Origin: an uncultured Acidobacteriota bacterium
GTDB lineage: Bacteria > Acidobacteriota > UBA6911
Assembly (NCBI GenBank): GCA_963809485.1
Contig: CAWEJX010000004.1
Span: forward strand, 406,669 to 470,668
Reading direction: 5' to 3'
DNA: 64,000 nucleotides
Both the position numbers and the translations under genes were made by a program. Under the pieces are notes generated by a model. The model was not told the origin of the DNA, ran no database searches, and saw only the letters and a program-made list of their open reading frames with translations. Below, in pieces: positions 11,172 to 21,347 of the stretch; position 1 is the stretch's first letter, and every line of letters begins with the position of its first letter.

Positions 11172-12752
11172 TTAACCGGGTCGGTGTTCCTTACCCCTTG
11201 AGTGCGATGGATTTTCGAGGGAGAGGCTTCTTGGCTGCGACCTAAGCTTCATCTTTAGTGCTTGCGAGATCACCCTGAGGATGAGATATCGATTCTGGAA
11301 GAGAATCCTTACCCAATCCCCCCGGCTCATCTGGGGGAAGTAGATGCCCCGGAATGCCAGGCGAGAGAGTAGATGTATGATGCGGTCTGGAAGTGGCCGC
11401 GATTCCAACCACCGCATGGCGGAGGCGTTAGCCGCCGGCGTGTAGGATGACTCCCAGGCCTCGCGCACCTCTGCTTCCGCCTGTTCAGAGGAAATGCCCA
11501 AGGGTGAAAAATCCATGCTGAAAGGCTTGAACTCCAGCCAATGCTTCGGTCGGGTGAGCCGACCGGCTAAAGCCAGCCGCTCATAGAGGGGAGTTGCCGG
11601 GTAAGGCGTCAGCAATCCGAACACGGGCAGCCCGGGGGGCCAGAAACGGATGACGTCCAGGGTGCGTCTGGCTATACCGGGGTGGTCGCCGTCCATGCCA
11701 AAAATAAAGGCCGTGATTGCATAAACGCCGTGCCGGGCGAGGCGCTCCAAAATCTCCTTGTATTCTTCCGGCTTGTTAAAGCCTTTCTGCATGCTCTTGA
11801 GGTTTGTCGAGTCAATAGACTCGAGACCAATAAAGATCCACTTGCAGCCGCTCTCGGCTATCAAGGAAACCAATTCCTCGTCCCGTAGCAGGTTCATGCT
11901 GATCTGCCCCACCCAGGGAACTTGCGCGTTGCGGGCGATAATCTCCCGCAGCAAGGACTTGGTGCGTTTTGGATTGATGGCCAAATTGTCGTCGATGAAG
12001 AAGACCGCGATCTTCCCTTTTTGCCGTTTCTCCAGGGACTTCAGCTTCAAGAGTTCATTGACGACACTGTCGTTCGAGCGGAAGCGAATCGAGTCACCGA
12101 AAAATCCAGTCACGGTGCAGAATTCGCACCCGTAAGGGCAGCCCCTGCCGGTTTCAATTGGAAACAGGTGAAAGGTCTGCCAGCTCATGCCGACATACGA
12201 AAGCATCCATCGCGCCCACCTGGGGAAGTGCCGGATCAGGTTGAATTGATCCAGATCCATCCGATCCCAAGGAATCACAGGATAGTCATCCAGGGCAGGC
12301 TTGACTGCCTCACCGGCAGCATCCAGAGCAACATAGGTTTCTTGCAGCATGCCCCGCGCCGCGTCCGCAACAATCGTCGGCCAAATTTGGTCAGCCTCCC
12401 CCAAGGCCACTGAGTCGGCATGGCGAGATCCGCCATCGCGCCCCAGCGCCTCTTCGGGTAACTCGGTAACATGCGGACCTCCCATTATCACGGGAACGCC
12501 GGCTGCGCGCACCGCATCGGCCATCTGGTAGGCTTTCCGTATCATGCGCGTCATGGCACCGATCCCGACCAGGCCGATGTTTTTCTCCCGAACGTACTGC
12601 ACCAACTCCGTCTCGCTCAGGCGCTGAGAGTTGCCGTCCACGAGAAAAACTTCGTGACCTTCCGGTGTGAGCGATTTGAGCAGAAACATCCAAAGGTGCG
12701 GCATGAAGTTATTGGTGACTTCATTATCAGGATTGTAGAGCAAAATATTCAT
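11172..12752 (-). CDS. B12-binding domain radical SAM protein
   Basis: MNILLYNP..., VIMGGPHVT, ETGRGCPYGCEFC, IDDN, FIGLES, LTPYPATP. Confidence 0.9.
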   Translation of the reverse strand: MNILLYNPDNEVTNNFMPHLWMFLLKSLTPEGHEVFLVDGNSQRLSETELVQYVREKNIGLVGIGAMTRMIRKAYQMADAVRAAGVPVIMGGPHVTELPEEALGRDGGSRHADSVALGEADQIWPTIVADAARGMLQETYVALDAAGEAVKPALDDYPVIPWDRMDLDQFNLIRHFPRWARWMLSYVGMSWQTFHLFPIETGRGCPYGCEFCTVTGFFGDSIRFRSNDSVVNELLKLKSLEKRQKGKIAVFFIDDNLAINPKRTKSLLREIIARNAQVPWVGQISMNLLRDEELVSLIAESGCKWIFIGLESIDSTNLKSMQKGFNKPEEYKEILERLARHGVYAITAFIFGMDGDHPGIARRTLDVIRFWPPGLPVFGLLTPYPATPLYERLALAGRLTRPKHWLEFKPFSMDFSPLGISSEQAEAEVREAWESSYTPAANASAMRWLESRPLPDRIIHLLSRLAFRGIYFPQMSRGDWVRILFQNRYLILRVISQALKMKLRSQPRSLSLENPSHSRGKEHRPG

Positions 12753-13374
12753 CCGGCTCCGGAACGCTTGAACCATCGCTGAGTTTTATGACTCCAGCCC
12801 CTCTTGCAGGTCTACCGGCCAAATACATCTGTGAGCAAGCTAATGATACGGGCAGCGGGATTAGTGCAGATATTGCGCTCTGCTCGGCCAGGAGCAGGTA
12901 CGCAAAACAAGGGGCCCGATGCCAGCCAATAAAAGTTGTCGTGCTTCACAGTGGATGTGTAGACTCCACTGATTGCTCCGATGATCCCACGAAGTCCGCA
13001 AGTGCGAATTATACACCCAAGCGAGGGCACAACCTTGGAATTCTTAATGCGCCCGCCTGTCCGGCCTACCATGAGGAACCGAGATCACCTCTCTGACTGG
13101 ATTCGAGGACACGATGAATGCTTGACCCGGCCTCCGCTACAGTAAGGCTCAGCTTGTGTTCTTTATGAACAGAATCCATGCATAGCCCTGAATATCAGGA
13201 GTTATTGGGAGCCGATTTCTGATGCGATATCGGATGGCTTGGCGGACTTTGCCCTTGCTGTGCAGTATCTCATTGTTCCTGGGCTCTAAAGGGAGTACTG
13301 TTGTACCAGCCACTTAGCGCCCCTGCGTTTCCGCTCTTGGGCATCGACGCTATCCAGACAAAGGAGATGGCAAA

Positions 13375-14262
13375 ATGCCCCATCGTGCACGTTTTCCCGC
13401 ACTCCATTCACAAGTGAAGAACCGAATCTTGTTAGCCCTGCCGGATGATGAGTTCCAGCACATTTTCCGGCATCTCGCGTTTGTTGAACTGAGACAGGGG
13501 CAGGTTCTTTACAATGCAGACAATTGGATCAACTATGCCTACTTCTTGAACAGTGGGATGACGTCCTCGGTCAGCGTTACTGCGGAGGGACAAACCGTCG
13601 AGGATGGAACCGTTGGACACGAAGGTCTTATGGGGGGACCGGTTGCTCTCGGCGAATCCGAGATTTTCGGTACCGGAGTGGTGCAGATTCCCGGCAATGC
13701 CTTCAGGATTGGATCTCAAGCACTCAGGTTCGAGTACCAGCATAACGCCGGCCTTGGCAGGCTCTTGCATGACTATATGTTTGACCTTCGTGTCCGGCTG
13801 AGCGAATCCTGTGTCTGCAACGATCTGCATTCTCTGCAGCAGAGGCTCTGCTGTCTATTGCTTACAAGCCAGGATTGTGCGCAGTCGAACAGCTTCCCCT
13901 TCACCTATAAATTCCTCTCTCACATTGTGGGAGCTACCCGTGAGGCAGTCTCTCTCATCGTTTATGCTTTGCATGAAGCGGGATTGATAGCTTACAGGCA
14001 CAGTCGCATCAGAATTATGGATCGCGAAGCAATGGAACGAAGAGCGTGCAGGTGCTATCAGATCTCTGCGCATAAATATGACCGGCCGGCATCGCTGGGG
14101 AAAGCCGATGGAGCCACGTCCCGTGAGCGTATTTCGGGTGCTGCCCGCAGCATTCCCCGTCTGCAATTGTCCGGCTCAACCCCGAAAAGGACTAACGCCG
14201 CGAACCTTAATTATGCGGAAGATGGGTGGAAGTGGATTGCTGACGCCGGGATCGAAACCTAA
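13375..14262 (+). CDS. Crp/Fnr family transcriptional regulator
   Basis: NRILLALP start, VGHEGLMG cNMP-like domain, HTH region LSHIVGATREAVS and C-terminal ACRCY; AAGGAG RBS. Confidence 0.85.
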   Translation: MPHRARFPALHSQVKNRILLALPDDEFQHIFRHLAFVELRQGQVLYNADNWINYAYFLNSGMTSSVSVTAEGQTVEDGTVGHEGLMGGPVALGESEIFGTGVVQIPGNAFRIGSQALRFEYQHNAGLGRLLHDYMFDLRVRLSESCVCNDLHSLQQRLCCLLLTSQDCAQSNSFPFTYKFLSHIVGATREAVSLIVYALHEAGLIAYRHSRIRIMDREAMERRACRCYQISAHKYDRPASLGKADGATSRERISGAARSIPRLQLSGSTPKRTNAANLNYAEDGWKWIADAGIET

Positions 14263-14282
14263 GTTTTGCGAAGGAGATAATT

Positions 14283-14411
14283 ATGTCGGAAAAGCATGGG
14301 GACAAGGCGAGGTATGGCCGCGAACGAAAGAAAAAGAATCTTCGTCGGAAGCGTGTTCGAGATGCGCAGGAAGCAGCAACAAAGCGGACAGCAATTGCCG
14401 AGCCGAACTAA
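14283..14411 (+). CDS. Small basic protein (42 aa)
   Basis: AAGGAG RBS; MSEKHGDKARYGRERKKKNLRRKRVRDAQEAATKRTAIAEPN. Below the ORF-track length cutoff. Confidence 0.65.
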   Translation: MSEKHGDKARYGRERKKKNLRRKRVRDAQEAATKRTAIAEPN

Positions 14412-14762
14412 AAAGACCTCTTTCACTCAACCGTATATCCACGGCTTTGCACCGTTCAGATTCCTGCAAGGCTGAGGCTATCTTATGCAAACAAGTGCTT
14501 TAGTTTGGTGCAACTTCCGCCGTCATTTTTGGCCTTGCGGTGATTATGGGTCTGAGCCGCACCGTAAATCCTGTGCCCCAAAATCAAAAAACTTGTAGAA
14601 TTTCGTTTCCCATTCTTCGAACTCCGGTTTGCATAAAACTCTTCCGATGTTGGCGGAATAGCTCCATTTCCCATTTTCATATACGGGCAGGTAGCAGGGC
14701 ATTTGAGTGGGAACGCTATAGACATATCCGAATGCAGCCCGTTATCGAAGGCTGTGCTTTGC

Positions 14763-16568
14763 TCATTTCCAATCAGATACCTTTATACCCCGACCGATTC
14801 TGAAGTTGGTGACATAAAAAGTGCTCTGAGTCTCACCGCCGACTACCACGATGCGTATGTCTCTTGGGTTCGTATAGGGTTTGATCCGCAGTGTCTTGTT
14901 TCCGTCCTGAAATGCTTTGACCCAGCTTGCATAAGGCTCCAGGCCTTGATTACCCAGTCCCCAGACTGTTGAATAGTGAACGCCGTTCGACCAATACTGG
15001 TCAACGGTCATTTGAAAGTTATCGCAGAAATACTTGGATAACTTTTCCTTTGTGTCGAACCCATAGGAGTCCTGAAGCATCCTGGCAACGGTCGGATCCA
15101 TATAAATCGTTACGGCTCCACCTCCGGCAAGCCCGTGCGCATAATCGACCATCATTTGTGCCGGGTTGTAGGAAGTCATCTCTCCCGAACTGTGAATCAT
15201 TGTGTCTCCGGAACCGACCGCCACAACACTCTCTCCCGGTTTGAACCCGAGTTGCTGAACCAGAGGGGTCCAGCCCGTCGGCAAGGCTTCTTCGTTCTCT
15301 ACTGTCACGACGCTGTTGTATTGCAGGTTGTTGCCCTGAGACTCCGGGCTGGTGCCGGATTCGAGATATTCCGTCGGATAGACATGCACTCCTGTGGCGG
15401 TTTTTCCCAGCAGTAAAAAGGCTCGGCCGAGAATAGCATTTGTCTCATTCCATGGACCCAATGCCCCTACCTTGTAGTTCATCTTAAGCTCGTTGCGTAT
15501 TGGGCCGCCGACGAATATCGCATTAGTAAACGAAACGGAAGACAAGGCCAGCGTACCGGAAGCGGCAGCAGACAGAATGGTCGGGAGCATTGAACGCTTG
15601 GCTCCCGCCATCACTGCGGCGATCGCCACATTTTTCACACTGCATTGCCTGGCGCCCGGCAGCATGTCATTTCTGGAGACAAAGTCTGTGGGCTTCCGCT
15701 TCGTTCCTGCAAGCATGGCCTCGACTCTCTCCTCTGTCGGAAGAACTATCGGTGCATAGTCGGTCCAGTCATTCCGTTTAAACAGCTCTTGGAGATTCTC
15801 TTCTGTATCCGTCAATGTAGGGGGAACCGCTCTCGCTGCAGGCAAGCCGGTCATGGATTCTTCCGCGCTGGGAGCGACCGTAAGTCCATCCACGATTTCC
15901 TGAGCAAAAGGCTTTCCGGTGACAGGGTCGTTCCCATTGACATAGGCAGAAAGAACGCTCTGTGGCTGACCGGCAAACGGCTGCGGAACGACAGTCCAGC
16001 GGGCCGATTTGCCGCTAAGATATTTCTTATCGTAGGCGATGAAGCGGTAAGGCCCCGTCCCGACAATGTTGACGCAGGGCTTCCCCGGTTTAAGCTCATT
16101 CTCGATTGTGCGCGCATGCCGAGCCTCGGCCATGACACATCCGTCTCAACCTGCCACGCCCAGAATCGCCGCATCGGCGTTCGCAGCCAATTCTTTCAAC
16201 AACCCAGGATCGTCAACCATAAAGGCGCCGTTCTTGACCTTGTACACCAGCTTGGTTGTAGGATGATTTTTTGCGAACCATTTTTGCAGCTCTTCAAAGA
16301 ATATGCCATTGGACTTTGCATCTCCCCAATTCTCCGACACATACCAGATCGTTTTTCCATCAACTGTATCCAGTCGTGGTATGAGCGGGGCGCGTTCTGC
16401 AATCTTGTTGGGAATCTCCGGATTCAACACCGTTACAAGCCCGAGGGATGTATCCTTCGAGCTGCGCGAAGCCTGAGGCGCCGCGATCGTTGGCATGAAC
16501 ACGTATGCAGATAGCGCAATAATGACGGCGCATAATGCTGCACCGGCGAATTTTGTCCATTTTCTCAT
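14763..16568 (-). CDS. Putative exported UGSC-family selenoprotein (601 aa, Sec at codon 141, U-D-G-C)
   Basis: ORFs 16146-16568 and 14763-16133 share a frame and are joined by TGA GAC GGA TGT GTC (UDGCV). A hairpin follows the UGA. GGAGGAG RBS and N-terminal signal peptide. Confidence 0.8.
16107..16139 (-). promoter_or_regulatory. Candidate bacterial SECIS element
   Basis: Minus strand TGTGTCATG-GCCGA-GGC-TCGGC-ATGCGCGCACA; apical loop begins with G about 21 nt after the UGA. Confidence 0.6.
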
Positions 16569-17206
16569 ATATTACTCCTCCGGATTATGAGCGAACTTCT
16601 ACCCTCTGAATTTATCTGCGAACCGGATCGGGGCGGATGAGTCAGAAGGTTTCCCCATCTGTATCTGCGTCTTGAGAATACTGACGATTGTAATATTTGT
16701 AAAATGGATCTTTTCTATCTTGAGAGTGGATCGGCTGAAGACCTAAACGAACTCCTCCGGCCTTCTAAAGGTGCCCAATTATCTCAAACAAATTTCGTGC
16801 CCTCGGATTGCCCTTTGGCCCAAACATGCGCATCAAGCTCTTCACCGGTTTGTGGGTAATTGCATGTTGGATCGTAAAAGGATGGTAAGGTGCGACATCG
16901 CCCCGGTACGATGAGCTTCTTTTGCTGCGGGATCGAGCGCTTCGAAGCGCACGAAATGGTGAGAGGCGAAATCCAGGAGGTGTTGGGCCGCTGGAAGGCA
17001 GTGCTATAGCCTAATCATTCCCTGGAGTAATCCTGCTTCAATGTAAAGATTCGAAAGAAGCTCCTAAACTGATAGTAAAGTCTACTTCTTGAAGATAGTC
17101 CGTAAAATATTATTTGGCTCAATCTGTCGAGAGATAATTAGATCTATTGACAGAGTGCAGTCATTGTTTGCCCGGAATCATTTTCCTGCTTCAACGGTGG
17201 GTATAT

Positions 17207-18559
17207 ATGCGGCTGGTTTTTGACCGCGGCACCCTGGTGCTCTATGGAAATCCTGCCGATTCCGGCAGTCTTCCAGGAGTCCTTTGGGATCCGAGGATTC
17301 ATGCATGGCGCGCTCCCGCATATCATTACGTGGCCCTCTCCGGAGAACTTTCCCGGAGATATCCTGGTTTCCGCGATGATGTTCGCCCTCAACTCATGGA
17401 AGCCCCATCGATTCCGCATCCGGAACTCCGTCCCTATCAAGCTGCGGCGATTGACTCTTGGGAATTTGCGGGCATGAGGGGAATCATCGCACTTCCCACG
17501 GGCTCCGGAAAAACCCGCGCAGCGATTGCTGCAATTGCCCGAACCCGCTTCAGGACGCTCTGTCTGGTTCCAACACGAGCGCTCATGGCACAATGGGTCC
17601 AAATCCTGAGAGATGTTTCTCGCGCACCGATTGGCGAATATGGCGACGGACAACGCTTCGAGCAACCTGTTACCGTCGCCACTTTTGCCAGCGCGCTTCG
17701 CAACGTGGAGACGTTAGGGAATCGGTTCGAACTGCTTGTCATCGATGAAGTGCACCATTTCGGTACCGGCGCGGGAGATGAGATTCTTGAGATGTGCACC
17801 GCACCAGCGCGGTTGGGGCTCAGCGCAACCCTGCCGGAAGATAAAGCTCGCCGGTCCCGTTTGGATGCTCTCGTTGGACCCGAAATATACCGGGCGAGCG
17901 TCGAGGAGCTTGCCGGCCGGTATCTTGCTTCATTCCAGTTGATCACAATTTCGATCAGGCTGACTCTCTCGGAGAGTCAGGCTTACAATTCCGAAATGTC
18001 GGTCTTCCGCCCGGTCTGCCGTGCGTTTTTCGATGCAGCGCCCGGAGCCTCCTGGTCGGATTTCGTGGTATCAGCGGGCCGAAGCGATGCCGGACGGCGC
18101 GCGCTTGCAGCCTGGAGGCGCTCCCGTATCATCGTCCGCTACAATGCGGAGAAACGCCGGATCGTCAATGATCTGCTTCTACGCCATCACGATTCCAGGA
18201 CTCTGGTTTTCGCAGCCGACAATGACACGGCTTACTCGATTGCCCGTGAACATCTCGTGCAACCCATCACCTGCGACATCGGGAAGAAGGAGCGGGCGCG
18301 CGCTCTTGGGCAATTCCGTGGCGGCGAATTGCGAATTCTCGTGTCGGCGCGCGTGCTCAACGAGGGGATCGATGTGCCGGCAGCCGATGTGGCAATTATT
18401 ATAGGCGGCAGCCAGGGCTCTCGCGAATACATTCAGCGGGTGGGCCGGGTCCTCAGGCCATCGGAAGGGAAAAAAGCCCTTGTCTATGATCTGGTCACAC
18501 GCGAAACGTTCGAGGTGCGTCGAGCGGACGAGCACAGGAGGGCGCTTGCTGCCCATTAG
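17207..18559 (+). CDS. XPB/Rad25-like superfamily 2 helicase
   Basis: LRPYQ, PTGSGKT (Walker A), DEVH, GLSAT, NEGIDVP, QRVGRVLR. Confidence 0.9.
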   Translation: MRLVFDRGTLVLYGNPADSGSLPGVLWDPRIHAWRAPAYHYVALSGELSRRYPGFRDDVRPQLMEAPSIPHPELRPYQAAAIDSWEFAGMRGIIALPTGSGKTRAAIAAIARTRFRTLCLVPTRALMAQWVQILRDVSRAPIGEYGDGQRFEQPVTVATFASALRNVETLGNRFELLVIDEVHHFGTGAGDEILEMCTAPARLGLSATLPEDKARRSRLDALVGPEIYRASVEELAGRYLASFQLITISIRLTLSESQAYNSEMSVFRPVCRAFFDAAPGASWSDFVVSAGRSDAGRRALAAWRRSRIIVRYNAEKRRIVNDLLLRHHDSRTLVFAADNDTAYSIAREHLVQPITCDIGKKERARALGQFRGGELRILVSARVLNEGIDVPAADVAIIIGGSQGSREYIQRVGRVLRPSEGKKALVYDLVTRETFEVRRADEHRRALAAH

Positions 18560-19736
18560 CCATATTCAAGTTCGCATAGACGGAAACAAGGCAACGCCCG
18601 TCTGGTTGGGAACGGAGGATCATCAGTGGCTGAGGACTTTAGTAGCTGACTTCGCACGACTTGACGGTAAAAAGTATCGAGACGTTTTGTCATTCCTCCA
18701 GGAACCGGCAAGAGTCTACTCTCCTCCCGGCAAACGATTGATGGCCATCTGGATGCTGCATCGAATGTGTGCGCGTCAGTCGCCACCCTTTGATTGTGGA
18801 CGACTCCGGGAGGAGATCGTCGTTCAAGCACAGCGCACTCGCGATGCCGGTCGATTCAGGCGGCCCGATGTCATTGCATCGGTTGCACAACAGTTCGGCA
18901 TTTCGGCCGCCGAACTAATTGAGTGCATGTTCTCCGATCTTCCCATGGAGCGGCGCCTTGTTTTGCCGGAACCGATCCCGGATCCTCACTCCCTCGCAAT
19001 GCAAACAAATCTGGCTCTTGCACAGGGGCTGCTCAATCTTGCTTCTGAAGTCACGATCGAGCTTTGCGGCGGTGCCCGCGCCGTGGTTCGGCAGGTGCAT
19101 CTTCGGCGTCTCCTCTGTACCATCGAGCGAGCAGAGTCGGAAAAGCTCTTTCTCCGCATCTCTGGAGCGTTTTCTCTGTTTCGTCACACCACAATGTACG
19201 GGCATGCCTTGGCCTCTATTCTTCCCTTGCTCTTATGGTGCGACCGCTTTGACCTTATCGCGCGCTGCATGATTCGCGGACGGGAAGTGAATGCGCACCT
19301 GAATTCGCGCGACCCCATTGCGCGCAGCCAGCCGCCGCGACAATTTGACAGCCGGATCGAGGCGTGGTTTGCTCGCGATTTCGCGAAAGAAAGCCTTGAC
19401 TGGGACCTCATCCGTGAACCTGAACCTCTCGAAGCCGGTGATACCCTCATCTTCCCCGATTTCGCTCTCATTCACCGCCGGGATGCATCAAGGCGGTTCC
19501 TGCTTGAAATCGTGGGCTTCTGGACTCCCGATTATCTTCGGGAAAAACTCGGTCGGCTTCGCCAGCTATCTGGCACTCCCCTCATTTTGTGCATCAACCG
19601 CGCACTGAATTGCGGCGCTGGCGATTTGCCGGCGCATGCACGCATGGTGTGGTTTAAAAAACGGATTGTGCCGCGTGATGTATTGGCGGCAATGGAGAAA
19701 GCGGATGTTGGCCGGCGAATCGTGCCTATGAAGTAG
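18546..19736 (+). CDS. DUF790 family (Bax1-like) endonuclease
   Basis: Overlaps the helicase stop; NLALAQGLL, FDSRIE, REPEPL, FPDF, EIVGFWTPDYL motifs. Confidence 0.85.
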   Translation: MLPISHIQVRIDGNKATPVWLGTEDHQWLRTLVADFARLDGKKYRDVLSFLQEPARVYSPPGKRLMAIWMLHRMCARQSPPFDCGRLREEIVVQAQRTRDAGRFRRPDVIASVAQQFGISAAELIECMFSDLPMERRLVLPEPIPDPHSLAMQTNLALAQGLLNLASEVTIELCGGARAVVRQVHLRRLLCTIERAESEKLFLRISGAFSLFRHTTMYGHALASILPLLLWCDRFDLIARCMIRGREVNAHLNSRDPIARSQPPRQFDSRIEAWFARDFAKESLDWDLIREPEPLEAGDTLIFPDFALIHRRDASRRFLLEIVGFWTPDYLREKLGRLRQLSGTPLILCINRALNCGAGDLPAHARMVWFKKRIVPRDVLAAMEKADVGRRIVPMK

Positions 19737-20036
19737 CTCGTCACTTCGGCGGAATGCTCACGGGAAAATAACATTCCCTGTCATCGCAAGCTATGGATCG
19801 CCTCTGCGCATGCCGTGGCTGGCCGAAACCCGGCGGCTTCTGGCGATCCAGGACGAGCCCAGGCAATCGAAAAAGCGCTGCTGAAGAAAACTGGAACTTG
19901 GTTCTCAGGATTGCGTATCGGTCTTACTCCAGCAAATGCCCCAACGGGATGGCAAACAGGCGTTCGGCCAGCTTTACGGCTTCCCTCCCGTTGTAGGCCA
20001 GTACCGCAGCTGCGCACGCGGGCGTCCGCAAAGGAC

Positions 20037-20065
20037 TTGATGTAGTTACACTGTGTAGTTACAAT
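20037..20065 (+). promoter_or_regulatory. Sigma70-type promoter of brnTA with overlapping operator repeats
   Basis: TTGATG (20037-42), 17-bp spacer, TACAAT (20060-65); near-palindrome TGTAGTTACA occurs at 20041-50 and 20054-63. Confidence 0.6.
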
Positions 20066-20070
20066 ACGAT

Positions 20071-20346
20071 ACGCAATTTGAATGGGACGAGAAGAAACGG
20101 AGAGGGAATCTTGCCAAGCACGGCATTGACTTCGCTGATCTCGAGCCCCTTTTGGGCGGTTTAACAATTACAGTGCTGGATAGTCGATATGACTATTGCG
20201 AATTCCGCTTCATCACGCTGGGTATTCTCAATGGTTTTGTTATGACGATTGCGCATACCGAGACGGATGAGGTCATACGAATTATCTCAGCACGCGAAGC
20301 AACGCGATATGAAGCAGAAATCTACTTTAAAAAAATCAGAAAGTAA
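20071..20346 (+). CDS. brnT: BrnT family toxin (apparent ACG start)
   Basis: xQFEWDEKKRRGNLAKHGIDFAD...EFRFITLG...IRIISAREAT, the BrnT/DUF497 signature. The expected Met position is ACG. Confidence 0.85.
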   Translation, partial: TQFEWDEKKRRGNLAKHGIDFADLEPLLGGLTITVLDSRYDYCEFRFITLGILNGFVMTIAHTETDEVIRIISAREATRYEAEIYFKKIRK

Positions 20347-20596
20347 TTGGAAACGTCTCTCATCTATGGCTTCCAATGCCGTGGACACGTCCGATATAAC
20401 GGAGATCTCGCCGGAACAATTCGCAAGAGCAGTGGTTAGACGCGGATTAAAGCCCTCTGCTGCAAAAGTGCAGCTTACGATACGGATCGACAGGGACGTG
20501 CTGGAATGGTATCGACAGAAAGGCCGTGGCTATCAAACACGCATCAATAAACTGCTTCGGGCTTATATGGAGGCCCATCCAAAAGAAGTGGCATAG
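20309..20596 (+). CDS. brnA: BrnA family antitoxin
   Basis: TIRIDRDVLEWYRQKGRGYQTRINKLLR motif; overlaps brnT. Confidence 0.9.
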   Translation: MKQKSTLKKSESNWKRLSSMASNAVDTSDITEISPEQFARAVVRRGLKPSAAKVQLTIRIDRDVLEWYRQKGRGYQTRINKLLRAYMEAHPKEVA

Positions 20597-20827
20597 AGAA
20601 AAACAGGCAAACAATTCTGCATCACTACGAACAGTCCGGATTCATTTTCCGGTTTTTCCGACGATACGTCCATGTCAAGAGTTCGGTCAATTCCAGTGCA
20701 CTTTGGATGCGCTGCCTTCTTGCACTTAGCCCTTGAAAGCTGCGCTAACGACCAGATCATGAGCAGAAAATATTGAGGAAAAGGGGTAACACTCCAAAGC
20801 TGTGGTTCTCAAAAGGAACCGAAAGGA

Positions 20828-21063
20828 GTGTTACCAATGGAAAGCACCGGCGAAGGTAAAATAGAGAGGAAAAGAACCCGCCGCTCGGGGGGGTGGGGCG
20901 GCGGGCGAGGCGTTTGCCCGGCCACTCCCATCCATTCGAGGTTCGACGTAGAGCGGTTCAGTTATGTCTGGAAGAAGGCTTCCCCGTACCGCAGGTAGCC
21001 AGCGAGATGGGTGTGGGCCGCAGTACCCTGACCAAGTGGATAAAGTTATACCGCGACCAGGGC
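20828..21063 (+). mobile_element. Transposase N-terminal HTH remnant
   Basis: FEVRRRAVQLCLEEGFPVPQVASEMGVGRSTLTKWIKLYRDQG resembles a transposase HTH; no catalytic domain follows. Confidence 0.6.
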
Positions 21064-21347
21064 ACTTATCCAGGCTTCGGCTGCTCATACGCAACGCCAG
21101 GCCGATGCCGCTCGACGTTTAGCAGTGGAAACCTGGTTGCAGAGGAACGGTGTGATTATTATTACTCAGAACAAAAAAGTGTTACCCATTTTTCCCGAAA
21201 AAATTGCTCATAATTAGGTTGCCTGCACCCCCATTCTTACGAGATTATTTGAGAAATGGCTGTTCCGCTTAAGTTAAGAGTCGAAACGGCAACTCCCCTG
21301 AAACATACAAGGTTCTATACCTTAATGGATTTCAAAAGGAGATCCAC

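Noticed and set aside
8910-13275. Shared Crp-type boxes (TGTGCG..., TGTGCA...) upstream of cluster genes
   Set aside because: Only half-sites with poor symmetry; not supportable by eye.
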